Origin: Octopus sinensis
Taxonomy: Eukaryota
Assembly (NCBI RefSeq): GCF_006345805.1
Contig: NC_043004.1
Location: 81,592,001-81,656,000 of the forward strand
Direction: 5' to 3'
DNA length: 64,000 nucleotides
Shown here: positions 26,300 to 38,021 of the stretch, one piece after another
How positions within the stretch are numbered: the stretch's first letter is position 1
How the letters are laid out: every line of letters starts with the position of its first letter
The notes under the pieces: generated by a model
Told to the model about the DNA's origin: nothing
What the model saw: the letters and a program-made list of their open reading frames with translations, nothing else
Databases searched by the model: none
Made by a program: the position numbers and the translations under genes

Positions 26300-26594
26300 G
26301 TGTAATAGGTCTAAAATAACTTGCTATAAACGAATATGAAAAAAAAATGCGCGCTCGCGAACGGGGGACGGGGGAGAGGACTCGGAAATATATATATATA
26401 TATGTGTGTGTATGTGTGTGTGTGTGTGTGTGTGTATGTGTGTGTGTGCATGTGTGTGTGTATATTTCGTCGAAGAGCGTAGGCTCGAAACGTAAAAGAC
26501 TTGTTTTATTTCTATTCCTGAGCGCCATACTAATACATTGTTTGTTTGTACTCCACCTGCCTTCGTCTTTTGTTTATTTTCGTATACCTTCTGT

Positions 26595-26625
<31 letters not shown>

Positions 26626-27841
26626 TATATATATATAGTGGTCTTGCATGCATGAAGTGGATTCGATCCACCACAGCCAAATTTAAATTAACACTGCAAC
26701 ATAACTTTTCACACGATGGAACAATGGTTTTTCTCTGACAGCAATTTTACATTTTCCAGACGCCTTTAGCTAGGTCGAAATTTTTTCTAAAACACTTGAC
26801 CCTTTTTAACCTCTTCTACTTCACCAAAAGCTAGAATAGAGATAACAAGACCACCAACTAAATCTCAATGTTCTCAATGATATATCTGTCCTTCTGGATA
26901 GTTATATAAGCAAACACACCCCAAGCAAAAATCACTTCGTTACAGTCGTGACGACTCAACGGAGTTAGTCACCTGGCGGTGACAACTCAACGAGGTCTGG
27001 CTGACCAACCTTGGTCAGAGGGAGAAATCAACTGTGAGACAAACACCCTACAATTCTCTCTAGCTCTAATTCTGTCCCTTACAACATCATTTATCTTTCT
27101 CTGTAATTACTACTAAACAATGAAGAGGACACAAACACAAACTTTACTTCGCATGCTTTTGGATCGACCATAACCTGCCCACATGCATGTATGGGTACAG
27201 GACACCCAAAAAACGTCGGACACATTGAGAAACGAAAATATAAAAACAAAACCATGGAAACGGACATTTTTTAAACAACGAAAAAACAGAGTACAAGACA
27301 TACAACACAAGGAAAATTCCCCTTCTTTCAGCCGCCCCTGCTTCGTCTACTCTGTGTTTCGAAGGTAAGGGCGAGACACGACTTCATTGAAACAGTCCTT
27401 TGGGATTTTTTGCAGAGGGGTAAAAGTGGTAACAAAAACAGGACAGTAAAAGCAGAACAAGACAGTAAAAATGCAAATAAAAACAGTAAAAGACAGGAAA
27501 GGAGAATAACAGTAGCACACACAAACGGTGTGTATATATATATATATATATACACATACATACATACATACATACATACATACATACATACATACATACA
27601 ACATACACACACACACATATATATTATATTATATATATATATTATATAATATTATATATATATATATATATATAATATATATTATAGATATAATATATAT
27701 ATATATTAGTAGATTAAAGACTGCTTGTAATGAGGTTCTATTATAGATCCGTGTAATATACAATTTTTTTAGTACTAGATAATTCCGACTATTCTTCAGG
27801 AATACTCAGTTTTGAGTAAATTGAGACAGTAAACCAAGGTT

Positions 27842-28359
27842 CCGGGGGTTAATGCTTACGACTTGACACGGAAACGAAAATCAGAAATAATTAGTGCAAC
27901 AGGTGTAAAAAAGAGTGTGTAGGAAACGAATATATATATATAAAAAAGATAATAATGCGCGCAAAGCAGCGGGAGGGTGGGGAGAGGACCTCGGAAAATT
28001 CACAAGATCCGAGCTTTTCCCTCATGACTTTTAGGAAAATCGTTTTTTTTTTTGGGGTGAAATTTTATGTAAATACTTTTCAAACGGTATATATTACGAT
28101 TATAAAGTAATTTGTGGGGAAAATCTTGAGGTGGGGAGAGGACTTTCGGAAAATTCCCAAGATCCGAATTTTTCCTCGTTATATTTCAAAATCACATTCA
28201 ACTTTCTACAGATACCCTAGCGTAGTGTTTATTTCTACCCACTTTCGATAATTTTTAATGTTTTGGCTTCAATTTTGTTTCATTTTATCTTCAATTATTT
28301 TTACACTTTTTTTCAACCCTTTCGTCGTTATTCTTATTCACTCGTTATTACTTTCTTTC

Positions 28360-28456
<97 letters not shown>

Positions 28457-29285
28457 ATACAGAGATATGGAGGCGCAATGGCCCAGTGGTTAGGGCAGCG
28501 GACTCGCGGTCATAGGATCGCGGTTTCGATTCCCAGACCTGGCGTTGTGAGTGTTTATTGAGCGAAAACACCTAAAAGCTCCACAAGGCTCCGGCAGGGG
28601 ATGGTGGTGATCCCTGCTGTACTCTTTCACCACAACTTTCTCTCACTCTTACTTCCTGTTTCTGTTGTACCTGTATTTTAAGGGGCCGGCCTTGTCACTC
28701 TCTGTGTCACGCTGAATATCCCCGAGAACTACGTTAAGGGTGCACGTGTCTGCCACTTACACGTTAATTTCACGAGCAGGCTGTTCCGTCGATTCGGATC
28801 AACCGGAACCTTCATCGTCGTAACCGACGGAGTGCTTCCCATATAGAGAGATACACACACACAATACACACACACATACACATATATATACACATATATA
28901 TATATATACACACATATGTATGTACACAAACACACACATCCAGTTATGAGAGAAAAACTCGGATCTTGTGAATTTTTCGAAGCCCTCTCCCTACCCCCTG
29001 GAAAAGATTTTCCCCACAAATTTCTTTATAATCGTAATGTATGCCTTTTGAACTGTATTTCTATAAAATTTCATTGAAAAAAAATACCCCATTTTCCTAA
29101 AGGTTATGAGGGAAAAACTCGGATCTTGTGAATTTTCCGAGGTCCTCTCCCCACCCTCCCGTTGCTTTGCGCGCACTTTTTTTCATTTTCGTTTATACGC
29201 ACTTTTTTTTGTTACACCCATTGCACTATTTTTATTTTTTTTCTTCTGATTTTCGTTTCCCGGTCAAGCTGTAAACATTAACCGG
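27842..29285. mobile_element. Fold-back-like structure: ~330-bp inverted arms around (TATC)n and SINE D
   Basis: 27842-28165 vs 28950-29285 are reverse complements; related single arms at approx. 18340-18540, 26300-26390 and 31030-31110. Confidence 0.65.
28469..28840 (+). mobile_element. SINE family D (tRNA-like head GGAGGCGCAATGGCCCAGTGGTTAGG...TTCGATTCCC)
   Basis: A and B boxes present; nearly identical inverted copy at 56823-57207; no acceptor-stem closure, so not a tRNA gene. Confidence 0.85.
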
Positions 29286-29350
29286 CTTCAGTATTGCAGT
29301 AGCATAATCTATGATGCTTAAAATATGTTATACATCCGAAAAATAAAAAA

Positions 29351-29763
29351 GTATCTTTTCGGTTTGAACGGCAGTTTTTTAAAATAATTTCCACGTAACT
29401 AAACACTTTAAAACTTCGTATACTGGTAGAATGTGTTTATAAAACATCTTTTTCTCTCGGCTTTATTGAGAAAATTCTATAGTTTGTAAGATATTTGTTT
29501 TTTTACTTCAATTTCTGCAATTTCAACCAATCAATGACGTCTATTGAGGTGAAAACATTCTGTGCCCTCGTTTAAGAAACAGATTGGGTTTATTTACATT
29601 TGTGAAGAAAAAAGATACCCTTCCGCCACCCCTAACCCTAACCCTAACACTAACTAACCCTAAAACAGATTGAAATGCAATAGATCGATACTAGGGTCAT
29701 AATTATTGGTGACAATTTCATATGACACCGCTAGAAAAACTGCCGTTCAAACCGAAAAGATTA
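29351..29763. mobile_element. Second copy of the ~415-bp CCCTAA-MITE, ~310 bp upstream of the PRIM2 ATG
   Basis: Same TIRs and interior as 25090-25505; A-rich flanks make the TSD ambiguous. Confidence 0.85.
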
Positions 29764-29926
29764 AAAAAAAAAAAAGATTAGTTTTGGGTGGTCTAGGTAA
29801 TTTCCGACTCTATTCTTCAGGAATGCCAAAACGTGGCTGTTATTTCTAGTAGACCAGGAGAATAGTCGTAGAGCGGCTTCCCTCTCGTCCCGCGCTGACG
29901 AGACCAGGTCTTTATCAGCAGCAGTC

Positions 29927-29939
29927 AGATGGCGGGAAA
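29927..29939 (+). promoter_or_regulatory. Overlapping E2F-type (GGCGGGAAA = TTTCCCGCC) and YY1-like (AGATGGCGG) sites upstream of PRIM2
   Basis: Exact match to E2F consensus TTTSSCGC on the minus strand, ~135 bp upstream of the PRIM2 ATG, in a CpG-containing patch; E2F control of replication genes is established. Confidence 0.5.
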
Positions 29940-30073
29940 CTACGATTTCCTTACATTGTAACTAAAGCAAACCAGATTTTCATAAACACTCGTTCTTTAC
30001 AGGAAAACAACTACCAAAAATAAGTAATTTCACGGATTAGCTTTTATATAGCTACTTGGCAAATCATAAAAAT

Positions 30074-30230
30074 ATGGAAATTGCTCCGAAAAGACTGAAG
30101 AAATCTTCGATAAAGGCAATTTCTTCAAATTATACTGAAGACGATGCGAAATTATCCATTTATAATGTGTCTCCCAATGACGATATATCTTTACAGGAAT
30201 TTGAAGACTTCGCTATTGAGAGAGTTAAAA
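30074..30230 (+). CDS. PRIM2: PRIM2 coding exon 1 (MEIAPKRLKK...DDISLQEFEDFAIERVK)
   Basis: ATG at 30074, gtatgt donor, 157 nt, phase 1; ISLxEFExxAIxRVK motif of primase p58. Confidence 0.92.
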
Positions 30231-31492
30231 GTATGTATATAATATATATAATGCTTTATATGCATGTAATATATGATGTTTATTTGGTATAACTACATAA
30301 TAGGGACCCCTCCAGTCACTGTTTTTGTTTCCTCGTAACTTAAGATCCATATTTTTAATGAAATTCTGCAGAGATACGTTTTCGATGATGTAGAGATGTT
30401 TCTCAACTATTTTTAAAATTACCTCTGTTCCCCTTTAATTACCGTTTTATTCTGGTGGACCCTTACACCTTCACGATGTTTAAAAACTAGTTTCTAGATA
30501 ATTCTTTAAAAAATTCTGTTGTTTTTCAGTTAACTTGTGTTGGTTGAACTAGACGTTAGAGAAAGAAATCTAGCTGTTTCTTACACTAAATACATCTAAA
30601 TCCAAATTTTTTTCATGGATCCTTACAAAGGGGTGGATTTCTTCGACTAAAAGGCGGTGCTCCAGCATGGCCACAGTCAAATGACTGAAACAAGTAAAAG
30701 AATAGTACCGGATCCTTCATATACTGTAGTGTGTACCCAGTGCACTATTTCATTTGCATAGGCCCCCCCAGGTGTCAAATGGACCTCAGTCGAAACCCAC
30801 TGTATTCTTTTACTTGTTTCAGTCATTTGACTTTGGCCATGCTGGAGCACCGCCTTTTAGTCGAAGAAATCCACCTCTTTGTAAGCTTGGTACTTATTCT
30901 ATCGGTCTCTTTTGCCGAACCGCTAAGTTACGGGGACGTAAACTCACCGTCCATCCAACATCGTTTGACAATCGATGTTGCTGTGTTTATGTCCCCGTAA
31001 CTTAGCAATTTTGGGGTGGAGGGGTAAGTCGGTTAATGTTTACTTTAACACCCGGCAGGCAAAAAACAAAAACAAGTGTAATAGGTGTAAAAAATGCGCA
31101 TTAAACGAATATGTTGGCATGGAAGCATGCTAAATGGTGATGCTAAAAGGGTTGTTTTTACTGCAAGCTTTGCCGGATCCCCGACTCCTCTAATCTAAGC
31201 TCTTACATTTATTATTATTATTGTTATGCGAAGTCGGACAAAATGCTTAACGGCATTTCGTTCGTCCTTACATTCTGAGTTCAAATTCCACTAAAGTCGA
31301 CTTTTCATTTTTTTGGGGTTTAATAAAATAAGTACCAGTTGAACACTGGGGGGGGGGCGATGTAATTGATTTACCCCCTCCTCTCCCAAATTACTGACCT
31401 TAATCCTTTCTGTCAGACACTCAGACAGTGGAATCGATGGAAGTGACCACTTTTATTAAATATTTTACCTTTCTTATATTTGTTTTTCCCAG

Positions 31493-31602
31493 TTTTGAAA
31501 ATAGTTGAGTCTTTGGGCCTTCAATACGTCAAGTTAAACGAAGACTACAACCGTGAACTGCGGGCCAAACTGAAGACTACCAAAATATGGAAGGAAATAA
31601 GA
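31493..31602 (+). CDS. PRIM2: PRIM2 coding exon 2 (ILKIVESLGLQYVK...KIWKEIR)
   Basis: ttcccag acceptor, gtaagt donor, 110 nt, phase 1/0; matches LLKSVENLGVSYVK. Confidence 0.9.
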
Positions 31603-31623
31603 GTAAGTATCATTTGTTATTTA

Positions 31624-31781
31624 GGATGGAGGTAAAGAATACGCACACCACTCGTTTTCAGCGTTACCCTAATCCTAACCCTGAACCCAAACTCTAAACC
31701 CTAACCCTAAACCCTAACCCTAATCCTTATCTTTAATCCTAACCCCTAAACCTCTGATGTACGTATTCTTTACCTTCACCC
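31624..31781. mobile_element. 158-bp MITE whose interior is mostly degenerate (CCCTAA)n
   Basis: TIR GG(A/G)TG(G/A)AGGTAAAGAATACG(C/T)AC, 23 bp with 3 transitions; no clean TSD. Confidence 0.7.
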
Positions 31782-32599
31782 AATTTAGTAGTGATAAATC
31801 AGGCTTATGATAAAAAATGTTCCAATTATGACCATCCTCTCTTGGTAGTATCTATGACTACACTGTCCAACTTCAGGCCAATGATGACCAAGCAGATCTA
31901 CCAATACTGTTCCAACTGTGACCACACAGCCATATCTGCAGGTGTAGATATGGCCGTGTTTCCCAACCACTTGGTTCCAGGTTCAGTCCCACTGCATGGC
32001 ATCTTGACCAAGTGTCTTCTACTATGGCCTTGGGCCAATCAAAGCCTTGTCAGTAGATTTGGTAGATGGAAACTGAAAGAAGCCCATCGCCTCTGTGTAT
32101 CATTTATCTTTTACTACTTTTAGTCATTTAGGCTGTGACCATGCTGGGGCACTGCCTTGAAGAATTTTAGTTGAACGCATCGACCCTAATGCTTATTTTT
32201 TTAGGCCTGACGCTTAGTTTATCAGTCATTATTTTTTGAACTGCTAAGTTATGGGGACCATGTACACTCTGACACTGGTTGTCAAGCAGTGGTGGTGGAC
32301 AAACACATACACAATGACACATGGATATATCATCATTTGTTTGACGTTTGCTTTCCTTGCTGGCATGGGTTGGACAGTTTGATTGAGGACTGCACCAGGC
32401 TCCAATCCAATCTGGCAAGGTTTCTACAGCTGGATGCCCTTCCTAATGCCAACCACTCCGAGAGTGTAGTGGGTGCTTTTTGCATGCCACTGGCATGAAG
32501 GCCAGTCAGGCGGTACTGGCATTGACCATGCTCGAATGGTGCTTTTTATGTGCCACCAGCATGGGATGAATATTTCTATATATATATATTTTTAAATCA

Positions 32600-33058
32600 A
32601 ACTTGATGACTGGCATCCGTGCTAGTGGATTGCTAAGAGTACCATACGAGTGAGATTGTTACCAGAGCAACAAGCTGGCCTCCGTGCCGATGGCACGTTA
32701 AAATCACCATTCGAGCGTGATCATTACCTGCGTCGCCTTACTAGCACTTGTGCTGGTGGCACGTGAAAAAAAACATTTGAGTGAGGTTGTTGCCAGTGCT
32801 GCTGGACTGGCTCCTGTGCAGGTGGCAAATAAAAAGCACCATTTGAGCATGGTTGATGCCAGTACTGCCTGACTGGTCCTCATGCTGGTGGCACGTAAAA
32901 GCACCCACTACAGTGGTTGGCGTTAGGAAGGGCATCCAGCTGTAGAAACTCTGCCAGATCGGATTGGAGTCTGGTGCAGCTATCTGGTTCGCCAGTCCTC
33001 AGTCAAATTGTCCAACCCATGCTAGCATGGAAAGCGGATGTTAAATGATGATGATGAT
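32600..33058 (+). mobile_element. Family C retroposon with RTE-like 3' tail and (GAT)n end, representative copy (about 20 copies in the window)
   Basis: Conserved tail ggttggcgttaggaagggcatccagctgtagaaa...ccaacccatgctagcatggaaagcggacgttaaa(tga)n, preceded by variable numbers of ~55-bp subunits; the RTE affinity is from memory of similar 3' ends. Confidence 0.8.
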
Positions 33059-34593
33059 ATATGGGAGTTACTGGCACGGGTGCAATTTGCGTATATATAT
33101 ATGTATGTATATGATGAATTTCTTTCAGTTTCCATCTGCCAGATCTACTGAAAGCTTTGGTTGGCCCAAGGCTATATTAGAAACCACTTGCCCAAAGTGC
33201 TACACAATGGGACTGAACCTGGAATCATGTTGTTGGGAAACTAACTTCTTACCACACAGCCAAGCCTGCATCAATTTAAATGTAAAATGGCTCCTTTCAA
33301 GTGCTGGGCTGCATGGAGGCAAAATGGCCAATGGTGGTGGCACTTGAAAAACACCTTTAGAGTGTTGTGCCTCATGGAGGTAATGAAGAATGACTGATAC
33401 CTTTGGTATTATGCTGTGCTTGAGAAGAAGACCCATCAAGCCAAGTAAAATTGCAGTTGTGGCAGATACTGGTGGCACATGAAAATTCCTGTTACACTTT
33501 CAGAGTGGTTGGCGTAGAAACCATGCCAAATCAGACTGGTGTCTGGTGCAGCCTTCCAGCATGCCAGCCCTGGTCAAATCGTCCAACCCATGCTAGCATG
33601 TAAAATGGACGTTAAATGATTTTATATATATATACATATTTATTTATTTATTAATTATCTTCATCATCGTTTAACATCTGTTTTCCATGCTGGCATGGGT
33701 TGGACAGTTTGATTGAGGACTGGCAAGCCAGGAGGCTGCCCCAGGCTCCAATCTGATCTGGCAAGGTTTCTACAGCTGGATGCCCTTCCTAACGCTAACC
33801 GCTCCGAGAGTGTAGTGGGTGCTTTTTATGTGTCACCGATACGAGCCAGTCAGGCGGTACGGGCAACGGCCACGCTCAAATGGTGTTTTTTACAAGCCAC
33901 CTGCAGGGGAGCCAGTCAGGGGACACTGGCATCAGCCACGTTTGTATAGTGCTTTTTACGTGCCACCTGCATGAGAGCCAGTCAGGTGGCCCTGTCATCG
34001 ATCATGTTTGGATGGTGCTTTTTACGTGCCACCAGCATGGGAGCCAGTCAGGCGGACCTGGCATCGACCACGTTCAGATGGTGCTTTTTGTGTGTCACTC
34101 CAACTTGGATGTTGTGTTAGGACACAGAGTACTTTGTCATTTATTTTGAGAGAACCTCTCCTATGGTTGTATGGTGCATAATATATGTATCATCATCATC
34201 ATCGTTTAGCGTCCGCTTTCCATGCTAGCATGGGTTGAACAGTTCGACCGGGGTCTGGGAAGCCAGGAGGCTGCACCAGGCTCCAGTCTGACCTGGCAGT
34301 GTTTCTACAGCTGGATGCCCTTCCTAACGTCAACCACTCCGTGAGTGTAGTGGGTGCTTCTTACGTGCCAGACGAGGCTGGCAAACGGCCACGATCGGAT
34401 GGTGCTTTTTACGTGCCGCCGGCACAGGCCAGTCGGTGCGGCGCAGGCAATGGCTACGTTCGGATGGTTCTCTTATGTACCACCGGCACTGGTATCACAG
34501 CTGCAATTTCCATTGATGTTGATCGATTTCGATTTTGATTTTCACAGAAATCCATGCATACCTACATAGTTTTAAAATTTCTTCTTGTTTCAG

Positions 34594-34652
34594 AAAACCG
34601 GCCGATTTGATCATGTTTCACACTTTATTCTTCGACTTGCTTATTGTCGATC
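34594..34652 (+). CDS. PRIM2: PRIM2 coding exon 3 (KTGRFDHVSHFILRLAYCRS)
   Basis: tttcag acceptor, gtaagt donor, 59 nt, phase 0/2; DHxSHFILRLAYC signature. Confidence 0.95.
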
Positions 34653-35379
34653 GTAAGTAGGATTTTAAAAACTTCTTTATGTTATTGTTTTGTGTGCCAA
34701 CTACTCTGTTTCTTTCTCATCTCTATGAAGCATTTTGGAGCAAGCGTAATCTGTCACAGACTCAGTCTTGTGAGTGAAATTAAGCAAAAAATGTGTTTGC
34801 AAGGTGCCGCACAGTGAGACTGAACCCAGAACCATGTAGTTCGTAAGCAATCTACTTCTCTCACAGCCACTCCTATATCTATATTTGATGGGCTTCTTTC
34901 AGTTTCCGTCTACCAAATCCCTTTACAAGGCTTTAGTCAGCCCGAGGCTATAGTAGAAGACACTTGCCCAAGGTGCCACGCAGTGGGACTGAACCTGGAA
35001 CCATGTGGTTAGGAAACAAACTTCTTACCACACAGCCACACCTGCCTGTTTAATAAAAAAAGACAGTTTAGCTAATGTGTTCGTGGGTTCCCTTCATATA
35101 AAGAAAAGAAGAGATGGTCACGCTTGGAAGGTCTTTGATCAGAAGCCTATTCGATCAGGCTTTACCTGCGGCTAAGCACCATGAAGAAACAGCACGACAT
35201 TATTTTGTGCCTGAACAAGGCAAGGGAGACAACTGCGGCATTTGTCTTATCACCCTTGTGTGAGTGCAAAGCGAAGATCTGAGCGGGATTTGAACTCAGA
35301 ACATAAAGGAACGCAGCCAAATACTACAAGATATTTTATCCGACTGGTATTGACCATAGATTTTGTATTTTTGTTGCAG

Positions 35380-35500
35380 GGAAGAATTGCGTCGTTGGTT
35401 TCTTCAGCAAGAATTAGACCTGTTTCGTTACCGTTTTTCCAATCTTACAACAGAAGAGAAGAGGGAGTTTGCTAGGGATAACAAAATTGGCTATGAGGAG
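35380..35500 (+). CDS. PRIM2: PRIM2 coding exon 4 (EELRRWFLQQELDLFRYRF...GYEE)
   Basis: ttgcag acceptor, gtacac donor, 121 nt, phase 2/0; EELRRWF..QE.DL.R.RF. Confidence 0.95.
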
Positions 35501-35559
35501 GTACACCACTTCACTTCATCACGCTTCTCTCTCTTTTAATGGGTCTGTTTGTCTGGTTC

Positions 35560-37895
35560 TATGTGTGTGTGTGTAAGTGTTTGTGTGTGTGTGTGTGTGC
35601 TTGTCTGTCTGTGCTTATTTGATTGTGTGTGTGTGTGATTGTCTGTGTCTGCTTGTTTGATGTGTGTGTTGTGTGTGCTTGTTTGATGTGTGTGTGTGTG
35701 TGTGCTTGTTTGATATGTGTGTGTGTGTATGTGTGTGCTTATGCTTGTCTGCTTGTTTGATGTGTGTGTGTGTGTGTGTGTTTGATTGTCTGTCTGCTTG
35801 TTTGATGTGTGTGTGTGTGTGCACTTGTCTGTCTGCTTGTTTGATGTGTGTGTGTGTGTGTGCTTGTTTGATATGTGTGTGTGTGTATGTGTGTGCTTAT
35901 GCTTGTCTGCTTGTTTGATGTGTGTATGTGTGTGTGTGTGCTTGTCTGATGTGTGTGTGTGTGTGTGCTTGTCTGGTGTGTGTGTGTGTGTGCTTGTCTG
36001 ATGTGTGTGTGTGTGCTTGTCTGTGCTTGTTTGATGTGTGTGTGTGTGTGTGTGCGCTTGTCTGTCTGCTTGTTTGATATGTGTGTGTGTGTATGTGTGT
36101 GCTTATGCTTGTCTGCTTGTTTGATGTGTGTATGTGTGTGTGTGTGCTTGTATGATGTGTGTGTGTGCTTGTCCGTGTGCTTGTTTGATATATGTGTGTG
36201 TGTGTGTGTATGTGTGTGCTTATGCTTGTCTGCTTGTATGATGTGTGTGTGTGCTTGTCCGTGTGCTTGTTTGATATATGTGTGTGTGTGTGTGTATGTG
36301 TGTGCTTATGCTTGTCTGCTTGTATGATGTGTGTGTGTGCTTGTCTGTCTGCTTGTTTGATATATGTGTGTGTGTGTGTGTGTATGTGTGTGCTTATGCT
36401 TGTCTGCTTGTATGATGTGTGTGTGTGCTTGTCTGTCTGCTTGTTTGATATATGTGTGTGTGTGTGTGTAGGTGTGTGCTTATGCTTGTCTGCTTGTATG
36501 ATGTGTGTGTGTGCTTGTCCGTGTGCTTGTTTGATATATGTGTGTGTGTGTGTGTAGTTGTTCTTTTGCTTGTCTGCTTGTATGATGTGTGTGTGTGCTT
36601 GTCCGTGTGCTTGTTTGATATATGGTGTGTGTGTGTGTGTATGTGTGTGCTTATGCTTGTCTGCTTGTATGATGTGTGTGTGTGCTTGTCTGTCTGCTTG
36701 TTTGATATATATGTGTGTGTGTGTGGTGTATGTGTGTGTGCTTATGCTTGTCTGCTTGTATGATGTGGTGTGTGTGCTTGTCTGTCTGCTGGTTTGTTTG
36801 ATATATTTGTGTGTGGTGTGTGTATGTGTGTTGCTTATGCTTGTCTGCTTGTATATGTGTGTGTGTGCTTGTCTTGTCTGCTTGTTTGATTATGTGTGGG
36901 TGTGTGTGTGTAGGTGTGTGCTTATGCTTGTCTGCTTGTATGATGTTGTGTGTGTGCTTGTCCTGTCTGCTTGTTTGATATATGTGTGTGTGTGTGTGTA
37001 GTGTGTGCTTATGCTTGTCTGCTTTTTGTATGTGTGTGTGGTGTTGTGCTTGTTTGATATGTGTGTGTGTGTATGTGTGTGCTTTGCTTGTCTGCTTGTT
37101 TGAGTGTGTGTGTGTGGTGGGTGTTTTGATTGTCTGTCTGCTTGTTTGATGTGGTGTTGTGTGGGGTGCACTTGTCTGTCTGCTTGTTTGATGTGTGTGT
37201 GTGTGTGTGCTTGTTTGATATGTGTGTGTTGTGTGTGGTGGTGCTTATGCTTGTCTGCTTGTTTGATGTGTGTGTATGTGTTTGTGTTGGGCTTGTCTGA
37301 TGTGTGTGTGTGTGTGTGCTTGTCTGGTGTGTGTGTGTGGGTGTGGGCTTGTCTGATGTGTGTGTGTGTGCTTGTCTGTCTGTGCTGTTTGATGTGTGTG
37401 TGTGTGTGTGTGTGCGCTGCTTGTCTGTCTGCTTGTTTGATATGTGTGTGTGTGTATGTGTGTGTGTTATGCTTGTCTGCTGTTGATGTGTTTATGTGAT
37501 GTGTGTGGTGTGCTTGTCTGATGTGTGTGTGTATTGTCTATCTGTGCTTGTTTGATGTGTGTGTGTGTGGTTTGTGTGTGTGTGTGTGTGTGTGCGCTTG
37601 TCTGTCTGCTTGTTTGATATATGTGTGTGTGTGTGTGTATGTGTGTGCTTATGCTTGTCTGGTATGATGTGTGTGTGCTTGTCTGTCTGCTTGTTTGATA
37701 TATGTGTGTGTGTGTGTGTAGGTGTGTGCTTATGCTTGTCTGCTTGTATGATGTGTGTGTGTGCTTGTCTGTCTGCTTGTTTGATATATGTGTGTGTGTG
37801 TGTGTAGGTGTGTGCTTATGCTTGTCTGCTTGTATGATGTGTGTGTGTGCTTGTCCGTGTGCTTGTTTGATGTGTGTGTGTGTGTTTGTGTGTGT
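35560..37895. repeat. Complex (TG)n-based satellite with a ~85-90-bp higher-order unit, PRIM2 intron 4
   Basis: Recurring gcttatgcttgtctgcttgtatgat and gcttgtctgtctgcttgtttgata blocks separated by TG runs. Confidence 0.92.
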
Positions 37896-38021
37896 GCTTG
37901 GCTGCATGAGTGTGTGCTTCATAAGAAAGAATTATCATTTATAACTTTACCCTCCCCCCCCACCCAAAAGCCCTGAAACCATCTCCTTCTTTTTCCCTAA
38001 TTTTTCTCTGCTTTTCTTCAG

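Noticed and set aside
26760-27110. Possible solo LTR
   Set aside because: No second copy, no clear TG...CA termini or TSD, and no PBS/PPT visible.
28469-28540. tRNA gene candidates at SINE heads (also 20165, 25892, 45214, 57135-57207)
   Set aside because: A/B boxes are present, but there is no acceptor-stem closure and each continues into a multicopy SINE body.
31660-31755. Telomere or chromosome-fusion scar
   Set aside because: Short, degenerate and enclosed by TIRs within a PRIM2 intron; better explained as MITE interior.
35615-37976. Cys/Val-rich ORFs resembling metallothionein or keratin-associated proteins
   Set aside because: Pure (TG)n satellite inside PRIM2 intron 4.
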